From contig OZ024749.1 in assembly GCA_964016885.1 (NCBI GenBank), forward strand, positions 17,484,001-17,548,000: a stretch of 64,000 bases of DNA, in the 5' to 3' direction. A model generated the notes under the pieces. That model was not told where the DNA came from and ran no database searches. It saw nothing but the letters and a program-made list of their open reading frames with translations. A program made the translations under genes and the position numbers. Origin of the DNA: Eledone cirrhosa. Lineage: Eukaryota. Below are positions 25,801 through 44,370 of this stretch, in pieces (position 1 is the stretch's first letter; every line of letters begins with the position of its first letter).

Positions 25801-26072
25801 GCATTAGCGAATCATAGAACCTATCTTTTACAACGTCAAGTAGGCCAGATTGAGGTGCAAAAGCGGATATTATTGTCATAGTTGTTATATTTAGAACTAG
25901 TCTTATTTTAAATATTCTGTCGTTCACTCTATTTATAGCTACTCATTTCTCTGCTAACATAATTCCTACTCCACTCAGTCCATTGTCATTTCCCATCCAG
26001 AAAAGTTTATAGCATCGTTTTTTACCCACAATGAATCTAGCAGACCCACCCCTGCACCTAGTCTCTTGAACA
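22895..26072 (-). mobile_element. RTE LINE family A, near full length, degenerate
   Basis: APE endonuclease (IAGDLNGHV, NLTICNTNFK), RT (EKAFDRVPR, GVHQGSVLSPLLF, LLYAEDL), internal Cys-rich PHD-like segment, 3' UTR and (GAT)n tail. Confidence 0.9.
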
Positions 26073-26728
26073 CACACATATATATATATATATGATTTCT
26101 ATATATCTATACATTGTTGTCCAAAGGAATGGCTGAAACAGATTGACACCAATGATGTCACAGCTCATCATTTAATGTCCAATCTGATGAGTTCCACTCC
26201 ACTTGTCTGGGATGTTGAGTTTTGTTACAAAATACTGGGTTGGTATAACTACTTGGTTTGTATGTGTTGTGGTGTGGTATGTGGTGTGACCTGATGTGTC
26301 TGTTGTGTGGTGTTTTGATGTGTGTGTGTGTGTGCAGAATGATATGTTGTGTGTGTGTAGTGTATAGAGGAAATTTTACAAACATAGGACCTAGAAGGGG
26401 TGTGTGAGGACTCTACCCCTTACAACCCTCTCAGGAATGGGTGAAGAAAGTTGTAAAGTATTTTCAAATGTGGTCTGGAGAGGTTGTGGTGAGTATGTGT
26501 GTGTTTATGTAGGATCTCGACAATAAACTCTTACGGTTAAAACTTACCATGACGAACATCCTACAAAAACACACACACACTCCCCACAACCTCTCCAGAG
26601 GTGAAAGCAACGATTCGTTGCTTAAACTTTAATCTGTTCTTATAATATGTATATAACCAAGTGAAAAGATATATCTATGTACAGAGAGAGAAAGAGGAAA
26701 ATATTGTATGAAATATATGATATATGGG

Positions 26729-26759
<31 letters not shown>

Positions 26760-27120
26760 CTTTGTATTTGCTCTAGATAAAATCTATTGAGTTTGCTTCT
26801 TGAGAAACACAAAATTCTAAACATATTTGATATGTTTTAATTTATTTGTGTGTGTGTGTGTGTGTGTATGTATATATATATATGTGTGTGTGTGTGCCTG
26901 GTGGTCATCGATCTCTCCAGTTTGTTTGTCTACCAGCATATCAGGAAAAAATTATACATTTTCTCTGTATTTTGTCTAAGGAGAACATGTTTTGCTTTAT
27001 GTTATACCCTTGCAAGCAGGGAAAAGCGGACGTAAAATGATGATGATGATGATAAAACTTTGCATCTTCGAAACATATATAATGAATAAATATTATTACT
27101 AATATTATTATATATATATC

Positions 27121-27537
27121 ATCGTCATCATTTTACGTCCGCTTTTCCCTGCTTGCAAGCGTGGGATGGGTCCTATTCAGCACAGCATCTCTCCACTTGT
27201 CACGGTCCTTCGTCATCTCCACCGTGAGCTTCAGCGACCTCCACCCATGTTTTTTGTGGTCTTCTTCTACTACGTCTTCCTTCAACTGGTATTTCTTTAC
27301 CCAGCAGTCATCCTCCATGCGCATCACATGTCCATACCACCTCAGTCTCCTCTCCCGCAACTTATCTCTCTTAAACACAGTTTCTCTCTCACCACATCTA
27401 TGCTTGCCTCATTTCTCTCCAGATATCGCATGTCCTCTGCAGTTGCTGCCCATGTCTCACTACCATGCAGCATCGCGCACCTCACACAGGCATCATATAA
27501 ACGGCCTTTCAAACGTCAGGAGTAACCCTTCTTCGTC
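27121..27537 (-). mobile_element. RTE LINE family B, 5'-truncated 3' fragment
   Basis: Translates LRERRLRWYGHVMRMEDD...PTLASREKRT with a (GAT)n tail. A tiny opposite-strand 3' end of the same family lies at ~27005-27052. Confidence 0.85.
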
Positions 27538-29114
27538 AGCAGATCCTTCAAATGGTAGAAGGACAAATATATTTTACATTTACTTTAATATAGATTTAAA
27601 CAGAGATGGTAGAATGACAGAATTGGTAGTGTCCCTTAGCATTAATCACTGAATTAATATCCAGTAATGTCTGGTTTTCTTCTTCTATGTTTACTTAACC
27701 CTTTATCATTTACATTACTCTATATTTACTATTATATTTTCGTAGTAAACATAATTATCTCACAAAATATTGATCAGTATGAGCGGCCGGTTAGGGCCAG
27801 TTTGAACAGAAAAGGTAAGAGAATTATGGCTGGATACAGACGGTTTAAATGCTAAAGAGTTAAATGAATGATTTAATAAATAACAGCTCTATTGAAACAC
27901 TACTGTGTTGTTCTGAGATGATTTCAGTAGAATTTCAAACAGTAGAAGGACAAATATATTCTACATTTACTTTAATATAGATTTAAACAAAGATGGTAGA
28001 ATGACAGAATTGGTAGAGTGTCAGATAACCTACCATTGCAGTATTTCTCCTGGCTTTTAATATTCTGAGTTCAAATCCCACTGAGGTAAATTTTATATTT
28101 TATTCTTCTAGGCTAGATAAAATATATTATATGTACTATGGTTGATTTAATAAACTTTGCCCTTCCCCAAAATTGCTGGTATTGAGCCTAATTTACAAAT
28201 CAATAGAGATTTAACAAGTTTGTTGCTTCATATTTCTCAAAATACTTTTATTTAGTGTGACTAGTGCAGTAAATTGGCAGTAATCGGTAGAGAGTCAGAC
28301 AACAAGCTTTGCATTATATAGTTATGCCCTCTTATGTTCTGAGTTCATGCTAAGGGTAGCTTTCCCTTTCATCCATACGGGGTTGATAAAATAAAGTACC
28401 AGTAATGCACTGAGGTTGATTTAATCAATTTTCCTCACCCCCAATATTATTGGGCCTGTGCCTACATCAAATACCTGTGTCTAAGAACATTCAGTAACCT
28501 ATACTATCACTACCCCAATGATACCAGCCAAGACAGTGTCTAAAAAATTCTCTCTGGCCAGCAGAAACCCAGGTACCAGTTGCCTCATGCTTCTAGCTAA
28601 GGACAGAATGGAGAAAGGGTTAACCTGGAGGCTAGTGAGGGAGATGTGTTGAAGTAGCCATTGAAACCTCTGGGGGCCTCACAAGTTTTAAAAACAACAA
28701 AGTCCAATAGAATTTTAAACATATAAAATACCAATGAAGTGTTTGTGTTTGATCTATTCTAACAACTTTCAAGTTATCATTACATATGGTGTTCAAAACA
28801 GATATTTAAATGGGAAAATAACAAAAGTATGGAATCACAGACTGGACAAATTCTTCAAATGTAATTCTTTAATTAACAAAAATAGATTGAATTTCAGGAG
28901 ATAAATATAATTTATTTAATATATTATGAAAAACTGATAAATGATTTACACTAAAAAGAAGTATATAAAAACCAGGAAAAGACATATACACTCCTTCAAT
29001 TAAATGTGTAAGGAATTGAACTAGGAACAGTAATTTGTAAATTTCTATTTCAACACAATAAAATATAGAAATGTTGAACTGTTGAGCTGGAGAACTGTTG
29101 AACTGAAGAAATAA

Positions 29115-29277
29115 TTGTTTCTATTTTTGGCACAAGGCCAGCAATTATTCCAGTGTATTACTGGTACTTTATTTTATCGACCCCGTAAGGATGAAAGGCA
29201 AAGTTAACCTTGGCGGGATTTGAACTCAGACCATAAAGGGCCGTAACTCTTTGCTGCAAAGCATGGTGTCCGACCCT
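29115..29277 (-). mobile_element. 5'-truncated Nin/Deu-like SINE with TSD
   Basis: Reverse complement of the SINE at 2075 and 22381, flanked by the direct repeat CTGAAGAAATAAT (29102-29114, 29278-29290). Confidence 0.75.
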
Positions 29278-29959
29278 CTGAAGAAATAATGAACTGTAGA
29301 ACTAAAGTGAGGATGTAACAACAACAACACTGAATGTAATTCCATGACAACAGAAATAATTGTGTACTTCTGGATCTGTAAGACTGTATGTCAAACCTGT
29401 TGGATAAAATTGAGTACCCCAGTTTAACTGAAGGCAAAAATATGAGCACACTTGAAACACATAATTGTGATATGATTGGCTGTCATTAAATAAAAAAAAA
29501 AAAAATAAGACAGCACTTGTTAAACGACATACAATATGAGTTCAATATGTGACAATGTTGGTGCTGCTTTCTAATATTTCTGTGACAAGACACTCACAGC
29601 ATTACCTCAGATGATAGAGTCTCTCAATTACACATTACAACAGGGAATGTTGGTGTTGACCTCTAACATACCTGAGACAAGACACATCATTACCTCAGAT
29701 GATAGAGGGTCCCTCAATTACACATTACAATAGGAAATTTTAGCTATTGCAAACAAAGAAAAAAAGAAAAAGAATTTTGCAATTATATCATTAAAAATAA
29801 ATTTAGGAAGACAAAAGTTAGACATGCAAAGGATTTTGATTCCAGTTTAAAACATATTTAAGAAATGGAGTCTGTAGAACTGATATGGTTACATTTTTGA
29901 TGTTGGTGGACAATAAGTTTAGACTGGTAAAAGGAAGGGTATCTCAGGGTTCACAGTTA

Positions 29960-33986
<4,027 letters not shown>

Positions 33987-34465
33987 TGTAATTCTTGAAG
34001 AATTCTCAAAACTCGAGAAGAGATATGACAATGTACGAGTGATTTGGGGTAAGAAATGGTCCTCTATGTACTTATATATATGATCAGGTGTGTATTGATG
34101 TATATGCGAGCAGTCTTAACAAACCTGAATTGTTTATCACGGAGTGTAGAAAAGTACACAATATCTTCTGTGTTAACAATACAAATAATACGTACTTTAT
34201 ATTTCAAGTCCAAATGTAAAGTCAAGAAAGACCAGGAAAGTTAATTGTTTGGATGTTGGTGATTTAAACCTATTTCTCACTATCCTGTAAAATGTGGACA
34301 ACCAATTCATGATGTAGCGTAGTTTCTCATGAAATGAAATATTTAATCATGTAGGTGATGGAACACCTACGCTGGAACATGTAGCTCACTCTATGTTATC
34401 TACAAAATATTAACTTTCACTCTAACATAAGATAATTGCTACATAAAATATAATTAGATTAATTA

Positions 34466-36526
34466 AAGTTATAACGACCCCAAGGAATGCGCAGAGCTCA
34501 TTGCTGAATGCTATGCAGGCATTTTCACTATTGAAGACCAGAGTGTACCATCTCCACCACCTATGACACCAGACTCTATTACAACTGTAGCAGTTGCCTC
34601 CCTGGTTGTGACTCACAACCCCAATAGATTAACAACATCTAGACGGGAAGTAGAACCCTTTCTGTAACTTGCGATCAGAACCCTATAAAACTAATAACTT
34701 TAAGTTCTCACTCTCTCATTTGCCCTTCCGGCGCCTGGCCTTCGCCAGGCGTCTCGCGTTTGCCTGGCAATCAAAACGATAACTACTAACTTTGCTTCAT
34801 TCTTTCGTTTATTCATTGACATGTCAACTATACTGTTAAATTGTTGATTAAATATTATACACACAAACCATGTCTCCTTGTTACATTCATACAACCCAGT
34901 TTTCGCTATACAACCATGGAATTTACACCTGCAATGCTGCGACATCACCTAAAAAATAAACGCAACCATGCCTCTCCTGGTCTTGATGGTGTTACGTACC
35001 TGCTTTTTAAACGGGGTGGGTACTTCCTTCTACACCAGTTATCACGCTTCTTCCAATTCTGTCTGAACAACAGTGCTACTCCAGAACAGTGGAAAACTGC
35101 CAGTGTCATTCCTCTGTACAAAAAGGGTGACCGCACATCACCTGTGAACTATCGTCCAGTCAGTCTTACTAGTTGCATCGCCAAACTGATAGAATCCTGT
35201 GTCAGAGAAACACTTTGGAACTTCTGGAGCTCTCACAGTCTTATCCGGCCCTCGCAATTTGGATTTATCCCCAACTCCAGCTGCTGTGATCAACTTATAG
35301 AGTTTCTTGAGGACATCACCCGGATCACTGATGGCGGCTCATGGGTGGATGTTGTTTACCTTGACTTTGCAAAGGCCTTCAATTCTGTGCCACACAAAAG
35401 GCTTATGGCAAAACTCTCTGCAATGGGTGTGAAAGGATGATCTTTTTAACTGGTTGAAGTCCTTCATTCTCAGTCAAAGAGAGGTAGTCACGGTTCTGGG
35501 ACAGCATTCCTCACCATATGAGATGTCATCTGGTGTACCACAGGGATCTGTTCTTGGCCCCCTTTTGTTTGTGGCATATATTAATGACATAGATGCCAAC
35601 TTAAGGAATGCCAAAGTACTAAAGTACGCAGATGACATCAAGCTGTACCTTGAGATAAAAAGGACAGATCCTGAACACTATAGATCTTGCTTGCAGTCTG
35701 ACCTGGATGCAATGCAACAATGGATCTCAGACTGGCAACTCAAGCTAGCTGTGGACAAGTGCACCACCATGCATTTTGGGAGTAAAAACCCAGCGTCCAC
35801 ATACTCCCTTCACAGCACTAATATCAAGAAGTCTTCCTGTGAACGTGACCTGGGCATTACGGTCAGCAGCGATTTGCGTTGGACGAGACACGTCTCTAAA
35901 ATTGTCAAGAGGGCCGAGAGTGTCTTAGCATCACTCAGCAAGACCTTTGTCAGCCGCTCTCCAGATATCTATTTAAAGCTGTATACAGCTATGGTGCGAC
36001 CACACTTAGAATTTGCATCACCAGTCTGGAACCCCTATCTTGCTCAGGACATTGACCGCCTGAAAACTGTTCAGAGACGTGCAACCAAGCGAATACCCTC
36101 CATCAGGCATCTACCATACTCTGAGCGCCTTGCTTCCCTGGGCATGGATTCATTGAAGCTCCAACGCCTGGCAACTGACTTGGTAAACACCCACAAAATT
36201 GTTAACCATGTTGCCAACAACAACCCTGAGTACCTTTTTGATTTCCATGTGTCTAACACACGTGGACATGCACACGAGGTGAGAAAACAGCACAGTTCCC
36301 ATGACTTTCGGAAACATTTTTTCACGCTCAGAGTTGCTGAAGCATGGAACAAACTACCTGCATCCTTTAAGGCCTCCATGCTTCCCGAGATCCGCCAAAA
36401 CTACAGCTAACACATACACACATGTACTTCCCTGACATTTGTGTATTATTCTATGTACTATATTGACGAGTTGTAGTGCACCTGAGCACTTTACACAATA
36501 ATTTCATTATTATTATTATTATTATA
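34466..36526 (+). mobile_element. CR1-clade LINE, 5'-truncated, interrupted by a solo LTR
   Basis: SPGLDGV, WKTASVIPLYKKG, NYRPVSLTS, VYLDFAKAFNSVPH, SGVPQGSVLGPLLF, YADDIKL, VRPHLEFASPVWNP and an (ATT)n tail. The reading frame (NDPKECAELIAECY...PDSITT/MEFTP) is continuous once the LTR is removed. Confidence 0.9.
34586..34910 (+). mobile_element. Solo LTR, copy 3 (diverged variant)
   Basis: TGTAGC...CGCTATA with a 4-bp TSD CAAC (34582-34585, 34911-34914); homologous to 1117-1482. Confidence 0.88.
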
Positions 36527-37112
36527 ATTAAGGTAGCAGGTACACGGTGTCGTTGACAATGCTTCCTTTTCCGGGTTGTAACCGGTGTCATACGTTAAAA
36601 GTCTCTAATATAATTTCAAATATATATATATATATGTACAATACTGGCCGAAACTTATCAAAGTTAAGTTATATATATATATACATATATATACATGTGT
36701 GTGTATACGTGCATACATATATACTGTATGTATATATATATACATACATATATATACTTATACATATATAATTGTTCCGGCTCTCTGAGTTCAAATCCCA
36801 CCGACGTCACGTTTGTCTTTCAACATTTCAAGGTCCATAAGTACCAATCTAGTACTGGGGTGGATTCTTACTCTATATCTCTTTCTCATTTCCTCTCTCT
36901 CACTTTCTAACTTTCTCTGGAAGAAATCGGGTGAAATCAGGTTCGGAGAGAGATAGGCTCCACCAGGGACCATATATATATATATGTAGAGGTTATATTT
37001 AATTTGTTGGGATAAAACAAGCAAAATATGTTTTATAACTGATATAAAGCACTCAACAAATTATTGGAGTAAATATACAATATATTAACAAATGGAAACT
37101 ATATTTATAAAA

Positions 37113-37193
37113 CCATATTTATTTCATTATACATATTTCAAGGGCCACCAAGGCAGATTATGGTGCGCTTTCATCAGATAAAATATAATATAG
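37113..37193 (-). ncRNA. Hammerhead ribozyme motif (left arm)
   Basis: Reverse complement of 37946-38026; TCATCAG at 37171-37177 and TTTC at 37136-37139. Confidence 0.7.
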
Positions 37194-37945
37194 ATTAGTT
37201 TTATAAATAAATATTGACATACCCTGAAAAATGCAACCTTCACGGTTGGAGTCTCCTGGACAGTGGGGATATTAAATTTATTGTTGGTTTATTATGCAAA
37301 TTAGTGTCGGAAAGGTTTAAATAACAGAATATTTAAATTAAGCGGGAAAAGAGAAAGAGAAAAAAAAGTTGTTTATATCCAGTTTTTGCCAGTGGGATAG
37401 AGTAAACGTGAGTATATTTAAGTGAGAGAGAATATAAGTTATAAGGACAGCAATAGCGTAATTTTGTTTACGTTATGAGAAAAGAAGTGAAGAAATGAAT
37501 ATAGCGTGGATGAATAATAGCCGGATTCATTTTAATGATAGGTTGAATTTTAAACTACTGATTGAATTTATAAATTATTAATTAAACATTTAATCAAATT
37601 TATTAATTAAACCTTAGATAAAATTCTTCAACCTATCATTATAATGAATCCGGCTATTATTCATCCACGCTATATTCATTTCTTCGTTTCTTTTCTCATA
37701 ACGTAAACAAAATTACGCTATTACTGTCCTAATAATTAATATTCTCTCTCACTTAAATATACTCACGTTTACTCTATCCCACTGGCAAAAAGTGGATATA
37801 AACAACTTCTTTTTCTCTTTCCTCTCTTCCGACACTAATTTGCATAATAAACCACCAATAAATCTAATATCTCCACTATCCACTAGACTTCAACCGTGAA
37901 GGTTGCATTTTTCAGGACATGTCAATATTTATTTATAAAACTAAT

Positions 37946-38026
37946 CTATATTATATTTTATCTGATGAAAGCGCACCATAATCTGCCTCGGTGGCCCTTG
38001 AAATATGTATAATGAAATAAATATGG
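37946..38026 (+). ncRNA. Hammerhead ribozyme motif (right arm)
   Basis: Stem I ATTTTAT/ATGAAAT, extended by CTATATT/AATATGG. CTGATGA 37962-37968. Imperfect stem II AAGCGCACC/GGTGGCCCTT. GAAA 38000-38003, near-palindromic stem III ATATGTAT, predicted cleavage after A38011. Confidence 0.7.
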
Positions 38027-38634
38027 TTTTATAAATATAGTTTCCATTTGTTAATTTATTGTATATATATATATATATAGAGAGAGAGAGATACAGTATG
38101 TACGTATGAGAGAGAGAAATAGACGTGTGTGTGTGTCTGTAGAATTATGTGTGTAAGTGTTGTAATAAATCAAGATATTTCACTTCAGATAGAAAAGTTC
38201 ACAATGTTTGTGTTGTGGTGGAAAACGAAATAATACGTACTTTAGTTTTCAAGACCAAATATAAAGTCAAGAAAAGTTAGTAAAAACTAAATGTTCACTG
38301 ATTTCTGATTAAAATAATATTTTCCATTCCTGTAAAATGTTGAACAACCACTTCAATATTTAATAATACAGGTGATAAAACAACAACTATAAGGTAAATA
38401 AGTCACCTTGTGTTATTTACAAACATTAATGTTCACCTTAATATAAAATAATCACCATAAAAGATAAAATTAGATTAGGTTTATGTTGCTAGTAATTTAT
38501 TCAGATTTGTATAAATAACATTATGAATTTTGCATGACTGTTCATATTAAAACAAAACACATTTTTAAAAGTAAAAAATACTTAAGAAATGGAAATGTAA
38601 AGAAGAAAAACGAAAACGAATCAAGCAACGAAAA

Positions 38635-38812
38635 TAATTTTTTCTACTTTTGGCACAGGGCCAGCAATTATCCCAGTGTATTACTGATTTTATCCACCCT
38701 GTAAGGATGAAAGTGAAAGTTAACCTCGGCTCGATTTAAACTCAGACCAAAAAGGGTCGTAACTCTTTGCTGCAAAACATGGCGTCCGACCCTCTACCGA
38801 TACTGTCAATCC
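38635..38812 (-). mobile_element. Nin/Deu-like tRNA SINE
   Basis: Reverse complement of the SINE at 22381. Confidence 0.7.
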
Positions 38813-39965
38813 ATGGAAATGTAAAGAAGAAAAATGAAAACGTATCTAGCAACGAAAATAATGGGAGAGAGGGAGAGGGACAGACACTATATTGCAGTCT
38901 GAACTGTGATTCAGCGCCACCCTACAGACAAAATGGCAAAGGTGTTACCATAGAGAATAGTCAAAGACACTGCAGCATACACCCCATCTCATGGGACTCC
39001 TTCCTCAAGGGGGCTGCTGTCTTTCTAATTTTGAGGAGAAAATCAGCAGTGTGGGGACAAAGATGACATAGTTAGTCAGGCCCTGGTATTTAACTATCTT
39101 CCTCTTCTCTCTATTACAGGTAGTAAAGCTTGGGTTTGTGACTGAAGTGAAAAGGTTGGAGGCAGGGAATGATCCAACCCATGCTAAACCTCCAACTAAA
39201 GCTGCTACTTGTCTTTTTCAGCCGTGGTGATTAGAGACATGTGGAATGTTGTGTCTTGCTTAAGGACACAATGTATCTCCCTGACTGAGAATTGAAAACA
39301 TGATATCGCAATATGCTGTATGACTTCACTATAAAATATATGTTTGTATACATATATATAAGTATATATTTGTGTGTATACATTGTCATATTCCATGAGA
39401 GTAACTTGGTCAGCCTATGACCTCTTCAGCCGAACATTGTATATAAATATACATGTTTGTCAGTGTGTGTGTACATATGTATATATAATGTTGTCAAAAC
39501 TTCTATATACACGATATTTAATATTGTCCAATATATATAGACCATATATAATGCTGTCTGAAGGAATGGCTGAAACAGCTTGACCTCAGTGATGTCACAG
39601 CTCATCATCATTTAATGTTCAGTTTCCCTGCTAGCAAGGGTTAGACAGGTTGTCTTCAAAGACCAAGGTGGGGTTGGGGTCCTCCTTTCAGTTACATATG
39701 GTCACACCTACTGGGTATATTTTGTTGTTGCACCAATACTAAAGTGATTGTCATGTCTTTTACACAGCAGAAGGGTCCACCCAACCCTTTTTTTTAGCAA
39801 ATTATCGATAACTGGATACCCTTCCTATCACCAACATTCATCATATATATATGTATGTATATATGCACTATACATTCTATATATATACACTACATATATA
39901 TATATATGTATATATATGCACTCTACAGTCTATATATATATATACACTACACATATATATATATA

Positions 39966-40113
39966 CCGTATTTCCCATCCTTGAAGACGCACCCTAATTT
40001 TGACAACCTAAAATTTGAAAATAAAAAATAAACCTTCGGCCTCCAGGATGTATGGTAGATTTTAGCAACTTATTTTAAGAAAAAAGTAGCGTATTCGACG
40101 CCTGTAAGTACAG
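39966..40113. mobile_element. Tc1/mariner-pogo (Tc2-like) MITE
   Basis: TA-CCGTATTT...AAGTACAG-TA termini with subterminal AAGACGCACCC and GCGTATT motifs. Confidence 0.6.
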
Positions 40114-40289
40114 TAGTATATATTCTATGCATAAAATATATTATGGGAGGTCAAAGGCTGATACTAGTTGGTGCCAGTGTCTTTACAACTAATATATACA
40201 CTATATATATATCTTCTATATATACTGGCAAGTATTCTGAGCAACAGTGTCAACATTGAGCTGAACATCAACTGCAGGGTTGTAAAGGT

Positions 40290-40790
40290 GACTGCGGTGT
40301 TCCAATGGATGCACTCCATCTGGTCAAACAGAGCTATCAGTACATATTTTAAACTCTGCTTGTACACTAGCATTGTACTGCCCGTGGCCATCTCTGACTG
40401 TGAAACATGGAAACGCACTATGAAGATGGATTGGTCTCTAAAAGGTTTCCATCAAAGGAGCCTACATAAGATTCTAAAGGTCAGCTGGAGAGATGCTGTG
40501 GAGTGCAGGGTCACATCCACTGCAGGAGATCATCATGGAATGTTGGTTCCATTTTGCGGGTCACATTCTGCACCTCCCAGAAGATCACCCATCCAAAAGA
40601 GCGATGACATGGATTCCCCTTGAAGGCAAGTGGAAAAGAGGCCAGCTGCAGATGATCTGTGGAACACATTCCAAAATGACCCACAAACTGTCAACATCAG
40701 CTGGCATGGATGTCAATAAGCTGTCACCAACTGAAATCATTGGAGACAATTAGTTGACCTGATGGAACAATCTGGACTAAGAACTAAAGA
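40290..40790 (+). mobile_element. 3' fragment of an old RTE/BovB-like LINE (duplicate of 10340-10840)
   Basis: Translates IWSNRAISTYFKLCLYTSIVLPVAISDCETW...FHFAGHILHLPEDHPSKRAMTWIPLEGKWKRG. Confidence 0.75.
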
Positions 40791-42568
40791 GCTATACATA
40801 CCATGTAATCGCTATATATATATTCAGTACACACAATATATATAGACTATATGATGTTGTCCAAAGGAAAGTGAAAGGCCGATATAACTTGGAACTAGAG
40901 TTGTCACAACTTATTTTTTTCCAGCTGATTGAACTGAAGCAACATGAAATAAAATGTTTTATTGTACAACAGAACATGCTGCCAAGCCCAGGAATTGAAC
41001 TCACAAGTTTATCATTGAGTCCAACACCCTAACCAATATTCTATTGCCTTTTACTCATGACTTCAAGGGATCCTGTGAAAACAAAGGCAATAATACACCA
41101 TTGAGATGATCAACTGGTCAATCTATCAAATAAAATGACCATCATCATTCACTGTCCACTATCACTAAAACATAGGAAGACATGTAGCTTAGTGGTAAGA
41201 GAGTTGGATTGACAACTATGAAGTTCTGAGTTCATTTCCTAGACTAGGTAAAGTGTTAAGTCCTTCAGCAAGACACTTTATTTCACCTTGCTCTATCTGC
41301 CAGGAGTTACAACTGGTAGATTGTAGATTACATCCTCAATTGGAAAGTCCAATGGAAACATTGTTTCCTTGGTTCAATCTGATGAGTTCCACTCCACTTG
41401 GTAAGTAAGGTCTGAGATGTTGAGATTTGTTACAAAAAAAAAAAATTACTAAAATCAAGATACTGGGTTGGTATAGCTACCTGGTTTGGATGTGTTGTGT
41501 TGTGGTATGATGTGTGTCTGTTGTGTGGGATGGGGTGTGTATTGTGGTGTAGTAATGTGGTGTGTGTGTGTGTGTGTGCAGAGTGATGTAGTGTATAGTG
41601 TATAGAGGTCATTTTACACACATAGGACGTAGAAGGAGTGTATGAAGACTCTACCCCCTACAACCCTCTCAGGAATGGGTAAGGATAAAGAGAAGAAAGT
41701 TGTAAAGTGTTTTCAAATGTTAATTTTTTTTTAAAGTCCTAATTTGAACTGTCATGAAAGTACCATCCAACAAATACTGAAGTTATTAAATTGTTTTTAT
41801 TTAAACATAAATGTAGATATTTTGTCACAAATATGAATATAAACCAGTTAAGGTTTATAAAATAAACACATTGATCTTTTGTTTTGTTCAAATGATGGAG
41901 TCATACGGCACTGTGGACATTTGAGGCTTGGTGGAGCCCTTCACTCACCAGGTTGGAACAGTTGATTTCTTCCAGAGAAGGAGAGAGAGTGAGAGAGAGA
42001 GGAAGTTAGAAAGAAATATAGAGAGGAAGAACAGACCTCTGTGGTAGACTGGTACTTTTTTGTTATCAACCTTGAATGGACGAAAGGCAAAGTTGACCTC
42101 AGCAGGATTTAAACCCAGAGTAGAGAACCAGAACAAATATGGCAGAAAGCATTCTATCTATTGTTTTATAGACTTTAAATAACTGTTTCTATTTCTACTT
42201 TTAACTCAAGGTCATTGGAAGGAGAAAGTTGATTAAATCAACCCCAGTGGTTTACTGGTACTTTATTTTACTGAACCTCTGAGGAAAAGTAAAGCTAACC
42301 TCAGCAAGATTTTAATACAGAATGTAAAAGGATGTAACTATATGACACAAAAGCATATAATCTGAGACTCTACTGATTCTGAAAATCCACCAGCCTCAAC
42401 AATGAAATGAGATTGTGTCTCTATAAGAAACCTTAATGACAAATAATAAGAAGTGGAACTTCCTCCAGAGAATGATTTCCAACATATTTCACCATAATAA
42501 ATGTTCATTAATATATATTATTATCATTATCATTTATTAGGTCAGGTGGATTGGCCAGAACAATTCTA

Positions 42569-43282
<714 letters not shown>

Positions 43283-43889
43283 ATTTCTAGCTAGTGATCT
43301 TTACATAAAGGATTCTCACCACTTTTACTTATATATTAAGAAATGTAGATATCGTTAATATATGGTATGTAGTCTAATATACAAAGGGTCCATAAAAGAC
43401 TGCAGAACTCCACTTTCTTCTGTCACAAAGTTGTAATGTAGCATTTAGTTGGTACAAGTAATAAGATATATGACAGCCCAAGACTGATTTTCGCCGAAGA
43501 AAATTCAAGCGTATATTATATAATTCAATCAGAGAGAGAGAGGGGGGTGGGGTAGAGAGATGTGGGTGTAGAAATATGTGTGTACGTGTTGTAATAAATC
43601 AAGATATTTCACTTCAGATAGGAAAGTTCACAATATGTGCGTTGTGATAGAAAACGAAATAATACGTACTTTAGTTTTCAAGACCAGATATAAAGTCAAG
43701 AAAAGTTAGTAAATACTAAATGTTCACTGATTTATGATTAAAAAGACATTTTCCTGTCCCATAAAATGTTGAACAACCATTTCAATATTTAATAATACAG
43801 GTGATAAAACAACAACTATAAGGTAAATAAGTCACCTTATGTTATTTACAAACATTACCGTCCACCTTAATATGAAATAATCATCATAA

Positions 43890-44370
43890 AAGAGGAAGCG
43901 AGGGCATCGGCTACCAGCACCCAGGTTGCTCTCCTAATCCTGAGTGGGAACTTCCGACACCGCCTGAGGCAAGTGATGTTGACCAGCGAGGCTTGGGTGT
44001 CAGGCAAGCTCGTTGTCTCATCTGGTGGTGTGCTAGACGGACGTGGCTGGGCAGACGAGGCAAAGAGACAGTTTCAGCTTCTCCACGTTTTGAGGGCCAC
44101 TGGAGGTTTGACGCGTCAAGACAATACAGGTGAGCTGGTGGAAGCAGCTGCACCCATCAGTTCCGGCCCCTCTCCCGGCTATTCGTAGTGCTGCAGAGGA
44201 CTGAGGATTGGGGTGGGGAGCACCGAGTGACATCAGGGGTGAATGGCTGGTTGTCACCAGCCTAGGTGTTAGGCACAACTGTGTGGATGGAAGGGAAAAT
44301 GCTGATAAGAGGGCCTCATAGCTCACCTACATCAGATATGGAGGCATCAGAAGACAAGAGAGAAAAGAAG
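43890..44370 (-). mobile_element. GC-rich degenerate non-LTR-like insert (duplicate of 13760-14215)
   Basis: Same junction (cataaaagaggaagcgagggc) and sequence as 13760, with a PHD-like Cys/His pattern. Confidence 0.4.

Larger units (their letters stand above)
37073..38066. mobile_element. ~1-kb palindromic element: inverted pair of Penelope-type pseudo-LTRs
   Basis: 37073-~37551 is the imperfect reverse complement of ~37619-38066. Each arm carries a hammerhead motif, and the element abuts (TA)n. Confidence 0.8.

Noticed and set aside
27161-27652. Long antisense ORFs over RTE copies (also 30937, 54963, 61113) and KYVGN-type ORFs over ZNF arrays
   Set aside because: Shadow frames of LINE and zinc-finger coding sequence.
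29560-29730. Short tandem duplications (also 27550/27940, 57520-57760, 63830-63950)
   Set aside because: Ordinary local two-copy duplications with no further structure.
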